Assembly: GCA_964408805.1 (NCBI GenBank)
Contig: CAYPAV010000001.1
Location: 408,779 to 472,778, forward strand
Source of the DNA: an uncultured Rhodospirillaceae bacterium
GTDB lineage: Bacteria; Pseudomonadota; Alphaproteobacteria; UBA8366
Length of the DNA stretch: 64,000 bases
Direction: 5' to 3'
The notes below the pieces were generated by a model that saw nothing but the letters and a program-made list of their open reading frames with translations, searched no databases and was not told the DNA's origin. Positions 17,796-28,012 of this stretch are shown here, in pieces; positions within the stretch are counted from its first letter, which is position 1; each line of letters begins with the position of its first letter. Both the position numbers and the translations under genes were made by a program.

Positions 17796-19493
17796 TCAGG
17801 TATCGTCGGGGAGTTCCAACGTCGCCGGGAGCGCGAAAATCTCAATCGTCTCGTCGCGGCCACGAACCTCGGCGTCGTGACGCGGATAGGCGGAAAGATC
17901 GAGACCCGCTTGTCGCGCGGTTTCGGTTGATACGACGAGATCGCAGCCATAGTCCTTGGTTAGCCCCTCGAGGCGCGCGGCCAGGTTCACGTTATCGCCA
18001 ATGGCACTCATATTCGGGCTGGTCGGCGGCCCCATCGAGCCGACGATCGCATCGCCGCCATGGATGCCGACCCCGATTTGAAGCGGGCGGCCGAGTTCGG
18101 CCTCGAAGGCGCGATTCAGGCGTCCCATGCGCCGCTGCATTTCCAGGCCGCCGGCGATGGCATCGCGGCAGCCGGCCGCGAATTCGCCGTCGAGACCGTA
18201 GAGCGCCATCAGCCCATCGCCGTTGAATTGCGCGTAATGGCCGTTCGTCTCCTTCAGCGCGTCGGCCATTTCGGCGAAGAACTGGTTGAGGATGAACACC
18301 ACGTCATAGGGTAGACGTGCCTCGCCCAAGCGGGTCGATCCTCGAAGATCGACGAACAGTATGGCGACCGAGAGCTCCTTTCCCTGCAGGCCGCCCGGCC
18401 GGCGCCCGTCGCGCGCCGTCGCCGTCGGCGGCAATAGCGGCAGGACCCCAGTATTGCGGCGCGGGCATGTCTGGCAGGCCAGCCGAACCTCCGGCTCCGC
18501 ATTGATTCTGGTCAATGCCCGGGCCTCCAATTCCGAAGGGGGTTCGAGGTCGGACAGCCCTGCGACGACCTGGACCCGGCAGGTGGTGCAGCGCCCACGC
18601 CCGCCGCAAACCGAGGCATGGGGCAGGCCGCCGAGGCGGCTCGCCTCCAGGATCGTGGCGCCGACCGGCGCCTCCACCGACTCGCCGCCCGGATAATCGA
18701 CCCGGATCGTCCCCCGCCGATTGCGGAACAATCGGCGGATTTGTCGGCCGACCAGCACCAAGCCGAGCAAGCCGGCGAACCCCCAGAGGGTGGCCGGCAA
18801 AGCGCGAACGAGGCCGGATATCAGTTCCGGCGGCGCTTGATAGAGATCCTTCCGCACGGCATTGAGCCAGGCCGGATCCGTCGCCAGGGACTCGACCGTC
18901 ATGCCGGCGCGCGAGAACCCGATCAAGGCCAGAAGCGGGACGAGCACGCCCATGACATGAAGGATCGGCGCCAGCCGCGCATGCCAGGGTTTCAAACGCA
19001 GCCAGAAATGAAGACCGATCGCGAAATGAGCCCAGACGATCACGATTAGCAGGGACTGCAGGATCGCTTGGCGTTGATCGAGCCAGATGAAGGAGAGGAC
19101 ATAACCGTAGGTCGCGTCGAACCCGATCAGCCAGGGGGCGATGCGGGCACCGATGATGTGCTCTATCAATAGGAAGGGAACCGCCAAGCCGAGCACGAGT
19201 TGGGCCCATTCCCAGGGCTTCAGCCTGAGGTGGCTGCGCCGGTAGAGCGCTTGCAAGCCGAGACAAAGATGGCAGAGGAGCGAGCCGTAGAGCAGAACGG
19301 TCCCCGGCGGGCTTTGCCAGATTGCGCCGTTGACGCGCCGGTAGGCGTCCATGGCTTCGATCGACAGGATGCCGAGCGAATGATTGACCAGATGCGAGAT
19401 GACATAGGCGGCGGCGATGAGTCCGGTGAACAGGCGGATGCCGCGGACGGAAGGCCGATGCCCGCCCAGGATTGCGCCCCAGCCCGGACTCAC
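17796..19493 (-). CDS. Membrane-anchored class III adenylate/guanylate cyclase with an internal plant-type 2Fe-2S ferredoxin domain
   Basis: N-terminal ~5 TM region with His-bearing helices (ISHLVNHS, LCHLCLG, LIEHIIG, VWAHFAIGLHFW). 2Fe-2S motif CGGRGRCTTCRV...RLACQT. Cyclase blocks ILFVDLRGSTRL, FNGDGLMALYG and IGDNVNLAARLE. Start chosen at GTG 19493, which overlaps the ubiA stop. The 169 upstream codons of the 734-aa ORF lie inside ubiA. Confidence 0.8.
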   Translation of the reverse strand: MSPGWGAILGGHRPSVRGIRLFTGLIAAAYVISHLVNHSLGILSIEAMDAYRRVNGAIWQSPPGTVLLYGSLLCHLCLGLQALYRRSHLRLKPWEWAQLVLGLAVPFLLIEHIIGARIAPWLIGFDATYGYVLSFIWLDQRQAILQSLLIVIVWAHFAIGLHFWLRLKPWHARLAPILHVMGVLVPLLALIGFSRAGMTVESLATDPAWLNAVRKDLYQAPPELISGLVRALPATLWGFAGLLGLVLVGRQIRRLFRNRRGTIRVDYPGGESVEAPVGATILEASRLGGLPHASVCGGRGRCTTCRVQVVAGLSDLEPPSELEARALTRINAEPEVRLACQTCPRRNTGVLPLLPPTATARDGRRPGGLQGKELSVAILFVDLRGSTRLGEARLPYDVVFILNQFFAEMADALKETNGHYAQFNGDGLMALYGLDGEFAAGCRDAIAGGLEMQRRMGRLNRAFEAELGRPLQIGVGIHGGDAIVGSMGPPTSPNMSAIGDNVNLAARLEGLTKDYGCDLVVSTETARQAGLDLSAYPRHDAEVRGRDETIEIFALPATLELPDDT

Positions 19494-20440
19494 GACGCCG
19501 CCGCCAGAATCGCGGCCGTGACGAGCAGGCCAAACCACAGATTCGATTTGAACTTTCGGAGACAATCCCCCGGATCTTCCGGATCGAGGGCATGGACCTG
19601 CCAAGCAAGCTGCGCCGCCCCAATGAGAAGACCGACGAGGAACAAAGCCTCGAGACCCGCGAAATATCCCGCCCCGGCCAGCAGCAGCATGGCACCGCCA
19701 TAGAACAGGGCAAGCCATGTCTTCGTGCGCGCCCCGAAAAGAAGGGCCGTCGAGCGGATTCCGACCATTAGGTCGTCCTCCTTGTCCTGGTGGGCATAGA
19801 TCGTGTCGTAGCCGAGGGTCCAGCAGAACCCGGACAGATAAAGCAGGAGCGCCGCCGGTGCCAACCCCTCCATCACCGCCGCCCAGCCAACGAGGGCCCC
19901 CCAATTGAAGGTGAGACCGAGCCAGGCCTGCGGCCAATAGGTCACCCGTTTCATCAAGGGATAGAAGACGACGAGCCCGAGCGAGCCGACAGCGAGCCAA
20001 ATGGTGAAACGGTTGAATTGCAGCAGAACCAGCAAACCGATCAGGGCCAACCCCACCATGAACACCGCCCCGCCGCGGACGGAGACGGTGCCGCTCGCAA
20101 TCGGGCGCTCCCGGGTGCGCTCGACGCGTCGGTCGTAGTCGCGGTCGAGAATATCATTCCATACGCATCCCGCGCTCCGCATGACGAAGGCGCCGATGGC
20201 GAATAGAAGGGCGTAGGCGAGACCGGTACCGAGATTGAGTCCGGCCACGCCGCCGGCCAGCGCCAGACCCCACCAACACGGCAGCAGCAGGAGCCAAGTG
20301 CCGATCGGCCGATCGATCCGGATAAGGGTCAAATAGGGATGCGTCGCCGTCGGCGCGAACCGATAGGCCCAATGGGTACGCGAAATATCGCTGCCCCCTC
20401 CGGCGTCTTTGGTTTCCAAGGTTTCTGCGATCTTGGACAT
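19490..20440 (-). CDS. ubiA: 4-hydroxybenzoate polyprenyltransferase
   Basis: UbiA superfamily motifs RIDRPIGTWLLLLPCWWG and NDILDRDYDRRVERTRERPIASG, with ~8 TM. Start taken at ATG 20440 (MSKIAE). The alternative ATG 20491 would leave only 2 nt of spacer before the divergent rsmE start. Confidence 0.88.
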   Translation of the reverse strand: MSKIAETLETKDAGGGSDISRTHWAYRFAPTATHPYLTLIRIDRPIGTWLLLLPCWWGLALAGGVAGLNLGTGLAYALLFAIGAFVMRSAGCVWNDILDRDYDRRVERTRERPIASGTVSVRGGAVFMVGLALIGLLVLLQFNRFTIWLAVGSLGLVVFYPLMKRVTYWPQAWLGLTFNWGALVGWAAVMEGLAPAALLLYLSGFCWTLGYDTIYAHQDKEDDLMVGIRSTALLFGARTKTWLALFYGGAMLLLAGAGYFAGLEALFLVGLLIGAAQLAWQVHALDPEDPGDCLRKFKSNLWFGLLVTAAILAAAS

Positions 20441-20493
20441 GGGGTAATCTAGCCGGAGTGCGCCTCGGCGCTCAAGCAAAGGAGCGATCACGG

Positions 20494-21297
20494 GTGAGCG
20501 GGCCGATTCGCGCGAGACTCTATGTGGCAGCCGATCTGGAAGCGGACGCGTCGATTGGGCTCGAGTCCGGTCAGGCGCATTACCTGAAGCATGTCCTGCG
20601 GTTGCGGGCGGGTGCGGGGGTGGCGCTCTTCAACGGCCGCGACGGCGAATGGCGGGGTGAAATCGACGCGCTCGGCAAGGGCTGGGGGTCGGTGGCGCTG
20701 ACCGAGCGGACCCGGGCACAAATCTTGGCACCCGATCCCTGGCTTCTGTTCGCGCCGATCAAGCGGGCACGGCTCGATTTCCTGATTCAGAAGGCGGTCG
20801 AACTCGGAGTTGCCGCGTTATGGCCGGTCATCACCGAACATACCGATGTCACCCGGGTCAACGTCGACCGCCATCGGGCCAATGCGATAGAGGCGGCGGA
20901 GCAGTGCGAACGTTTGACGGTTCCCGAGATCGCTCCGCCGCGTCGCCTTCCGGCGGCTCTCGAAGCGTTTCCCCGGAATCGTCGGCTTTTTGTCTGCGCC
21001 GAGCGGGGTCCCGCGATACCGATCATGACGGCACTCCAGGGCACCACCGATGATCAACCATGGGCTGTCCTGATCGGTCCGGAAGGCGGATTCGCGAAGT
21101 CGGAGCTTGACGCTCTCGCGAAACATCCCAATGTTACCGCCGTGAGTCTCGGGCCCCGCATCCTGCGGGCGGAAACGGCCGCGATCGCGGCTTTGTCATG
21201 TTGGCAAGCGGTATTGGGCGATTGGGGCCAGGGCGGCGCCGACGACCTCGCTGGTCGAGCCGAGGGTGCGAACCTAGTTTCTTTGCACAAGGAATAA
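20494..21297 (+). CDS. rsmE: 16S rRNA (uracil1498-N3)-methyltransferase RsmE
   Basis: Start at GTG 20494, preceded by AAGGAG at a 9-nt spacing. N-terminal IRARLYV, C-terminal [12 protein letters not shown] and [12 protein letters not shown], typical of RsmE. Confidence 0.85.
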   Translation: MSGPIRARLYVAADLEADASIGLESGQAHYLKHVLRLRAGAGVALFNGRDGEWRGEIDALGKGWGSVALTERTRAQILAPDPWLLFAPIKRARLDFLIQKAVELGVAALWPVITEHTDVTRVNVDRHRANAIEAAEQCERLTVPEIAPPRRLPAALEAFPRNRRLFVCAERGPAIPIMTALQGTTDDQPWAVLIGPEGGFAKSELDALAKHPNVTAVSLGPRILRAETAAIAALSCWQAVLGDWGQGGADDLAGRAEGANLVSLHKE

Positions 21298-21313
21298 CAA
21301 AACCGGGCAATTC

Positions 21314-22678
21314 ATGGCGGTATCAAATGAAGGCGGCGAACCGATCACGAGCAAGGCTCAGCTGGTCGACTATATCGCCGGCGGCTGCAAGCCGCGCGAG
21401 CAATGGCGGATCGGTACCGAGCACGAGAAATTTCCATACGACCTCGGTGATTTCAGTCGTCTGCCCTATGACGGTGACGCCGGCATCCGGGCCCTGCTCG
21501 ACGGAATGACCCGGTTCGGCTGGGAGCCGGTCCATGAGGGCGAGAACGTCATTGCGCTGCGCAAGCCGGATTGTTGCTCGATCACCTTGGAACCGGGCGG
21601 CCAACTCGAACTCTCGGGTGCGCAACTGGAAACCGTTCACCAGACCTGCGCCGAGGTTCACCGGCATCTCGATGAAGTGAAGGAAGTTTGCCTGGAAATT
21701 GGCGCCGGAATGCTCGGTGTCGGCTTCGATCCGAAGTGGCGCCGCGAGGATGTCCACTGGATGCCGAAGGGACGCTACGAGATCATGCGCGCCTATATGC
21801 CGACCAAGGGCGATCTTGGTCTCGATATGATGACCCGAAGCTGCACGGTCCAGGTCAATCTGGATTTCGACAGCGAGGCCGATATGGTCCGGAAGATGCG
21901 CGTTGGGTTGGCGCTGCAGCCGATCGCGACCGCGCTGTTCGCGAATTCGCCCTTCAGCGAGGGTAGGCCGAACGGCTATCTCAGCTATCGCAGCCATGTC
22001 TGGACCGACACGGACCCTGATCGCTGCGGCATGCTGCCCTTCGTCTTCGACGATGGATTCGGCTTCGAGGCCTGGGCCGACTACGTGCTCGACGTGCCTA
22101 TGTATTTCGTCTATCGCGGCGGAAACTACGTCGATGCGAGCGGCAAGTCCTTTCGGGATTTCATGGCCGGCAGGCTCGAGGGTTTCGAGGGCGAGCGGCC
22201 GCGAATCGATGATTGGGTCGATCAAATGACGATGCCCTTTCCGGAGGTTCGCCTGAAACGGTTCATCGAAATGCGGGGCACCGATGGCGGCCCCTGGCGG
22301 AGCCTTTGCGCGCTGCCGGCATTGTGGGTCGGCCTGCTCTATGACGCTTCGGCGCTCGACGCCGCCTGGCAAGTCTGCCGGGACTGGTCGGAGGCGGAAC
22401 GTGAATACCTTCGCAACGAGGTCCCGCGGGCCGGTCTCGCGACCCCCTTCCGGAACGAGACGGTGGGCGCGGTCGCCAAACGAATTCTTGCAATTTCCCG
22501 CGAAGGCTTAGCCCGACGGGCGCGGCTCAACGACCAAGATGAGGACGAGACGATGTTCCTCGACGAACTCGATATGATCGCCGAGAGCGGACTCACGCCG
22601 GCCGAGCATCTGCTTGAGGCTTATCGCGGCCGCTGGAACGGCGATATCGACCAAATCTACGAAGAATTGGCCTATTAA
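21314..22678 (+). CDS. gshA: Glutamate--cysteine ligase, plant/alphaproteobacterial type (GCS2)
   Basis: 454 aa with blocks [19 protein letters not shown] and RFIEMRGTD characteristic of the plant-type enzyme. Confidence 0.9.
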   Translation: MAVSNEGGEPITSKAQLVDYIAGGCKPREQWRIGTEHEKFPYDLGDFSRLPYDGDAGIRALLDGMTRFGWEPVHEGENVIALRKPDCCSITLEPGGQLELSGAQLETVHQTCAEVHRHLDEVKEVCLEIGAGMLGVGFDPKWRREDVHWMPKGRYEIMRAYMPTKGDLGLDMMTRSCTVQVNLDFDSEADMVRKMRVGLALQPIATALFANSPFSEGRPNGYLSYRSHVWTDTDPDRCGMLPFVFDDGFGFEAWADYVLDVPMYFVYRGGNYVDASGKSFRDFMAGRLEGFEGERPRIDDWVDQMTMPFPEVRLKRFIEMRGTDGGPWRSLCALPALWVGLLYDASALDAAWQVCRDWSEAEREYLRNEVPRAGLATPFRNETVGAVAKRILAISREGLARRARLNDQDEDETMFLDELDMIAESGLTPAEHLLEAYRGRWNGDIDQIYEELAY

Positions 22679-23172
22679 GCCTGTTTCTCGGGCACCGCCG
22701 TGCCGAGTACGATCTCCTTCCGCATGAAGATCCGCTGATAACCGTCGACGGTCGCCCGGTGCGTTTCCGACCAACCAAGCCGCTGGTAATACGCGACGTT
22801 GGCGGCCATCGCGACATGGGTATAGAGGCGAATTTCCCGATAGCCCCGCCGCGCCGCTTCCCTCTCGGCGAAGCCGACGAGACGACGTCCGATGCCGTCG
22901 CCCTGTGCCGCCGGATCGACAGCTACGTTGTCGAGTAGGAGATGGTCCGATTGGTCGATCAGAACCAGGACACCGACGACGCGACCGTCGGCGGTTCCGA
23001 CATGCGCCTCGCCCTTGCGGATCCGAAGCGCGTAATCGTCCAGCATCGGCGCCGGCGGCTTGTCCATTCGCGGCAGATAGACGCCGTAGGCCGCCGCGAC
23101 GACCCGATGAACGGAACCGAGATCGCCCACCGTTGCGGCGCGGATCACGGGATTCGAACGAATAGACGGCAT
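22675..23172 (-). CDS. GNAT family N-acetyltransferase
   Basis: 165 aa with the acetyl-CoA motif [24 protein letters not shown]. Its stop overlaps the gshA stop (TTAA). Confidence 0.8.
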   Translation of the reverse strand: MPSIRSNPVIRAATVGDLGSVHRVVAAAYGVYLPRMDKPPAPMLDDYALRIRKGEAHVGTADGRVVGVLVLIDQSDHLLLDNVAVDPAAQGDGIGRRLVGFAEREAARRGYREIRLYTHVAMAANVAYYQRLGWSETHRATVDGYQRIFMRKEIVLGTAVPEKQA

Positions 23173-23208
23173 GATATATTGGTGTCGGTGTCGCGGTCGG
23201 CGCAGCCG

Positions 23209-23640
23209 TTATTGGATGCGGACGCTCTCGCCGGCGACCGTCAGCGTCTTCTTTACCGACACATCGTTGCCGGCATCGTCCTTGCCCCAGTATTCGATGG
23301 TAATCGTGTCCTTGGCGAGGCGGGTCGCGACATGATGGTCCGGCTGTTCCAAGCTTTTCGTGGCGTCGATGCGGTAATTTACCCGCGCGCTGAGGCAGGC
23401 CTTTCCATTCTCGACGCAGACCTTGCCGGCCTGCAGGGTCACGCCGGTGCCGGCGGCTTCGGTATACCGGCGAAGATGGTGGTACTTGTGCCGGCCATCG
23501 ACGAATTCATATTTGAGTTTGGTGATTTCGAGCGACAGGCGCGCCGGTCCGTCGCCGATCTACTTTTTCGGCGCCTCCTCCAGGCAGGCCGTCAATCCCG
23601 CCATCAGCAGGACCGCGACTCCGATTTGAAAAGCGCGCAC
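23209..23640 (-). pseudogene. Small lipoprotein gene interrupted by an in-frame TAG (nonsense pseudogene, read-through or sequencing error)
   Basis: GTG 23640 (GAGGA 7 nt upstream, 10 nt after the tldD stop) opens VRAFQIGVAVLLMAGLTAC (lipobox LTAC), then LEEAPKK, then TAG at 23562-23560. The same frame then continues IGDGPARLSLEITKLKYEF... to TAA at 23209. I checked the frame by coordinate arithmetic. Confidence 0.5.
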
Positions 23641-23650
23641 GATCCGATCC

Positions 23651-25087
23651 TCAGCCCGCCGTTCCCCCAACCGTCAAGCCATCGATCCGCATGGTCGGCT
23701 GCCCGACCCCGACGGGAACGCCCTGGCCGTCCTTGCCGCATGTCCCGATGCCCGAATCGAGCGCCATGTCGTTCCCGATCAAGGCGACCTTGGTCAAGAT
23801 GTCCGGTCCGTTTCCGATCAGCGTCGCGCCTTTTACCGGTGCCTGTTTCCGGCCGTTTTCGATTATATAAGCCTCGGTGCATGTAAACACGAATTTGCCG
23901 CTGGTGATGTCGACCTGACCGCCACCGAAATTGACCGCGTAGAGGCCCCTGTCGACCGAGGCGATAATCTCGTCCGGGTCCTTGTCGCCCGACAGCATAA
24001 AGGTGTTGGTCATGCGCGGGATCGGCGCATGGGCGTGCGATTGCCGCCGGCCGTTCCCGGTCGCCGGCATATCCATCAGCCGCGCATTCAGACGGTCCTG
24101 CATATAACCGACGAGAATCCCATCCTCGATCAAGGTCGTGCTTGCCGCCGGCGTCCCCTCGTCATCGATAGAAAGCGAGCCGCGCCGATTCTCCATCGTG
24201 CCGTCGTCGATCACGGTGACCCCCTTCGAGGCCACCCGTTCGCCCATCAGACCCGCGAAAGCCGAGGTCTTCTTCCGATTGAAATCACCCTCCAGCCCGT
24301 GGCCGATCGCCTCGTGCAGCAGGACGCCCGGCCAGCCCGGTCCCAGCACCACCTGCATCTCGCCCGCCGGCGCCGGCACGGATTCGAGATTGACCAACGC
24401 TTGGCGCAAGGCCTCGTCGGCATAATCCCGCCAATTGTCGGGGTCGAAGTGGAAAGCGTATCCGGTACGTCCACCGGCCCCGTAGCTGCCGCTTTCCATC
24501 CGCTCGCCGTCCTTCGCCACCACCGCGACGTTGAGGCGAACGAGCGGGCGGATGTCGTCGGCGCGGTATCCGTCGGGCCGAATGATCTGAACCGCCTGCC
24601 ATTCCCCCGAAACCGTCGCCATTACCTGGCTCACCTTCGGATCCTTGGCGCGAAGATAGGCGTCGATCTCCGACAGCAGGGCAACCTTGGCATCGAAGTC
24701 GACATCGCCGAGCGGATTGGCGTCGGTGTAGAGCCGCGCATTGGTGCCGCCGGGTGCCGCAGCGTAACTGCCGCCATGGCCGGTTCGAACCGCTTTCACG
24801 GTGTCCCCGGCGCGGCGGATCGCGGCCTCGGAGAGCTCGTTCGAATGGGCGTAACCGGCGGCCTCGCCGGAGATCGACCGAAGCCCAAAGCCTTGGGTCG
24901 TATCGAAGCTCGCGCTCCGCACCCGGCCGTCATCGAAGGAAACACTTTCGGATTGGCAATATTCCAAAAAAAGTTCCCCGTCGTCGGCGCCGTCCAGCGC
25001 CTCGGCGACAATACCCTCCACCCTTGTTTGATCGAGGTTGGCGCGATTGAAAAACAGATCGTCGGTCGTCGTCAGATCAGCCATCAT
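23651..25087 (-). CDS. tldD: Metalloprotease TldD
   Basis: About 478 aa with the HExxxH zinc site in LLHEAIGHGLEGDF and C-terminal GGQVDITSGKFVF. Start at ATG 25087 (GAAAGG upstream). Confidence 0.9.
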   Translation of the reverse strand: MMADLTTTDDLFFNRANLDQTRVEGIVAEALDGADDGELFLEYCQSESVSFDDGRVRSASFDTTQGFGLRSISGEAAGYAHSNELSEAAIRRAGDTVKAVRTGHGGSYAAAPGGTNARLYTDANPLGDVDFDAKVALLSEIDAYLRAKDPKVSQVMATVSGEWQAVQIIRPDGYRADDIRPLVRLNVAVVAKDGERMESGSYGAGGRTGYAFHFDPDNWRDYADEALRQALVNLESVPAPAGEMQVVLGPGWPGVLLHEAIGHGLEGDFNRKKTSAFAGLMGERVASKGVTVIDDGTMENRRGSLSIDDEGTPAASTTLIEDGILVGYMQDRLNARLMDMPATGNGRRQSHAHAPIPRMTNTFMLSGDKDPDEIIASVDRGLYAVNFGGGQVDITSGKFVFTCTEAYIIENGRKQAPVKGATLIGNGPDILTKVALIGNDMALDSGIGTCGKDGQGVPVGVGQPTMRIDGLTVGGTAG

Positions 25088-25290
25088 CCGTACCTTTCGA
25101 TCTCGCACACAAACACCCCGCGCGCCACGATACTGTCCATCGCGAGGCCCGTGTTCAAAATTTCGACGTTAACCCTATCACATTATTAGATTTAAAGGGG
25201 GCATACACGCAAATTTATCTCTGCCAGCACGACGGTCGCAATTCGTCCATTTTGATATTTTGGCTAAGGGATGGCCATCCGCTTGAATTT

Positions 25291-25305
25291 GCGACATAGT
25301 GTCGC
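25291..25305. promoter_or_regulatory. Candidate RegA/PrrA/RegR-type response-regulator box (GCGAC-N5-GTCGC) upstream of ctaC
   Basis: GCGACATAGTGTCGC is a perfect inverted repeat. It matches all but one of the defined positions of the RegR box GNG(A/G)C(A/G)TTNNGNCGC as I recall it, about 200 nt upstream of the ctaC start. Confidence 0.3.
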
Positions 25306-25505
25306 GGTGAGTTCACGCGACTGGGCGTGATGCTATACAGAGCGCCGTAACTCTTTTAGTGGCGTGACGTCGTATCGGGTGGTCTTTGTCGCGCGGACGC
25401 ACCATTTCAGTGATGGAAAGGTATGCGTCAACTTGATTTCGGTCGTCGCCGTTTCCGCCTGTATCGACAGCGGTCGACCGAGCGAAGGCGTGGGGAGAGA
25501 ATAAC

Positions 25506-26357
25506 GTGAAGAAGGTTTTGGTGACAGTTTTCGCGGCTGCGACGGGATTGTTCGCGGCCGCTGCCTTGGCGAGTGAGCCGCTGCCTTGGCAAATGGGTCT
25601 GCAACCGGCGGCCTCGCCGACCGCGGAAGGCATTCACGATCTGCACAACATGATGCTGGTGATCATCACCTGCATCAGTGTTTTCGTGCTGGGTCTGTTG
25701 ATGTACACCTGCTGGCGGTTTCGCGAGAGCCGCAATCCGACGCCGTCGAAGACGACGCACAACACGCTGGTGGAAATCCTCTGGACGGCCATTCCGATCA
25801 TCATTCTGACTGTCATCGCGGTGCCGTCGATGAAACTTCTCTACATGGCCGATCGCATCGAGGACGGCGATATGACCCTAAAGGTGATCGGACATCAGTG
25901 GTATTGGGAATACCAATATCCGGATCACGGGAATTTCGCCTTCGACGCCAATATGATCGCGGACGAGGACTTGAAACCCGGGCAGAAACGCTTGATGGAC
26001 ACCGACCTACCGGTGGTCCTGCCGGTCGGTAAGAAGATTAGGCTCCTGTTCGCATCGGCGGATGTGATCCACAATTGGGCACTCACGTCGTTCGGCGTGC
26101 GGATCGACACGACACCGGGCCGACTCAACGAGACCTGGGTCGAGATCAACAAGCCCGGTGTTTATTACGGGTTCTGTTCTGAACTCTGCGGCGTCAACCA
26201 CACCTACATGCCGATCATGGTCAAGGCGGTGCCGCCCGCGGAGTTCGATCAATGGGTTAAGAAGGCGCAGAAGGAATTCGCCCAAGTGGACGAGGCGCCG
26301 GCGCCCGCGCCGGAATCGGGAGCCGTCAAGGTTGCCCAAAATAAAACCGTTCACTAA
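25506..26357 (+). CDS. ctaC: Cytochrome c oxidase (aa3) subunit II
   Basis: GTG start after GGGGAGAG. Signal peptide plus 2 TM, CuA site HNWALTSFGVRID...CSELCGVNHTYM. Confidence 0.95.
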   Translation: MKKVLVTVFAAATGLFAAAALASEPLPWQMGLQPAASPTAEGIHDLHNMMLVIITCISVFVLGLLMYTCWRFRESRNPTPSKTTHNTLVEILWTAIPIIILTVIAVPSMKLLYMADRIEDGDMTLKVIGHQWYWEYQYPDHGNFAFDANMIADEDLKPGQKRLMDTDLPVVLPVGKKIRLLFASADVIHNWALTSFGVRIDTTPGRLNETWVEINKPGVYYGFCSELCGVNHTYMPIMVKAVPPAEFDQWVKKAQKEFAQVDEAPAPAPESGAVKVAQNKTVH

Positions 26358-26380
26358 GGCGATAAGGCAAGGGGTTAGAC

Positions 26381-28000
26381 ATGGCTGAAGGAACCGCCGC
26401 TCAGGCGCATGGACACGACGATCACACGCCGTCTGGCTGGCGTCGTTGGCTTTATTCCACGAATCATAAAGACATCGGGACGATGTACATTATCCTCGCC
26501 GCGATCTCCGGCGTGATTGGTGGCGGCATCTCCGTTTACATGCGAATGGAATTAATGGAACCCGGCGTCCAATACATGACGCTGGCGGACGGCACGCCCG
26601 ATGGGCATGCGTGGAACGTTTTCATCACCGCGCACGGTCTGATCATGGTGTTTTTCGTTGTCATGCCGGCCTTGATCGGCGGTTTCGGCAATTGGATCGT
26701 GCCGCTGATGATCGGCGCGCCGGACATGGCGTTCCCGCGCATGAACAACATCAGTTTCTGGCTTCTCGTGCCCTCGTTGCTTCTGCTGGTGGGATCGGCC
26801 GTGATCGGTGGTGGTGCTGGTACCGGTTGGACGGTGTATCCGCCGCTCTCCAATATCGGCGGGTATGGACATGACACGCCGGCGGTCGACATGGCGATTT
26901 TCTCGCTTCATTTGGCGGGTGCGTCTTCGATCCTGGGCGCGGTGAACTTCATCACCACGATCTTCAACATGCGCGCGCCCGGCATGACGCTGCACAAGAC
27001 TCCGCTTTTCGTCTGGTCGATATTGATCACGGCGTTTCTACTGTTGCTGTCCTTGCCGGTGCTCGGCGGCGCCATCACGATGCTGCTGACCGACCGCAAC
27101 TTCGGGACAAGTTTCTTCAAGCCCGAGGGCGGCGGCGAGCCGGTGCTGTTCCAGCACCTGTTCTGGTTCTTCGGCCATCCCGAGGTCTACATCATGATCC
27201 TGCCGGGATTCGGCATCATGAGCCACATCGTGTCGACATTCTCCAAGAAGCCGGTCTTCGGCTATCTCGGCATGGCCTATGCGATGGTCTCGATCGGGTT
27301 CATCGGGTTCATCGTCTGGGCCCACCACATGTACACGGTCGGCATGGACGTCGATGTCCGGGCCTATTTCACCTTGGCGACGATGGTCATCGCGGTGCCG
27401 ACGGGGATCAAGATCTTCAGTTGGATCGCCACCATGTGGGGCGGTTCGATCCGCTTCGATACGCCGATGCTGTGGGCGATGGGGTTCATCTTCATGTTTA
27501 CCGTCGGCGGCGTAACCGGGGTCGTGTTGTCGAATTCCAGCGTCGATTTGGTGTTGCACGACACGTATTACGTGGTGGGGCATTTCCACTACGTGCTGTC
27601 GGTGGCCGCGGTGTTCGCGATCTTCGCGGGCATCTATTATTGGCTTGGCAAGATGACCGGCCGGCAATATCCGGAATGGGCGGGACGCCTGCATTTCTGG
27701 ACGACGTTCATCGGCGTCAACCTGACCTTCTTCCCGCAGCATTTCTCGGGTCTGCAAGGGATGCCGCGCCGCTATATCGATTACGCGGATGCGCTTGCGG
27801 GTTGGAACTATGTTTCGTCGATCGGGTCGTACATTTCATTCATTTCGGCGATGTTCTTCCTGGTGGTCCTGATCCATACGATTTATGCGGGCCGTCGCGT
27901 CGGCGAGAACTACTGGGGCGAAGGCGCCACGACGCTCGAATGGACCGTGTCGTCGCCGCCGCCGTTCCATAGCTACGACGAATTGCCGCAAATCAAGTAG
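26381..28000 (+). CDS. ctaD: Cytochrome c oxidase (aa3) subunit I
   Basis: 539 aa with 12 TM and blocks [30 protein letters not shown] and [13 protein letters not shown]. Confidence 0.97.
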   Translation: MAEGTAAQAHGHDDHTPSGWRRWLYSTNHKDIGTMYIILAAISGVIGGGISVYMRMELMEPGVQYMTLADGTPDGHAWNVFITAHGLIMVFFVVMPALIGGFGNWIVPLMIGAPDMAFPRMNNISFWLLVPSLLLLVGSAVIGGGAGTGWTVYPPLSNIGGYGHDTPAVDMAIFSLHLAGASSILGAVNFITTIFNMRAPGMTLHKTPLFVWSILITAFLLLLSLPVLGGAITMLLTDRNFGTSFFKPEGGGEPVLFQHLFWFFGHPEVYIMILPGFGIMSHIVSTFSKKPVFGYLGMAYAMVSIGFIGFIVWAHHMYTVGMDVDVRAYFTLATMVIAVPTGIKIFSWIATMWGGSIRFDTPMLWAMGFIFMFTVGGVTGVVLSNSSVDLVLHDTYYVVGHFHYVLSVAAVFAIFAGIYYWLGKMTGRQYPEWAGRLHFWTTFIGVNLTFFPQHFSGLQGMPRRYIDYADALAGWNYVSSIGSYISFISAMFFLVVLIHTIYAGRRVGENYWGEGATTLEWTVSSPPPFHSYDELPQIK

Positions 28001-28012
28001 CGGCGGGGGGCC

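Noticed and set aside
19494-20000. N-terminal 169 codons of the 734-aa cyclase ORF
   Set aside because: This stretch lies wholly inside ubiA in another frame and is Arg/Gly/Pro-rich with no TM or domain signal. A GTG that overlaps the ubiA stop gives a coherent protein starting just before the first TM helix.
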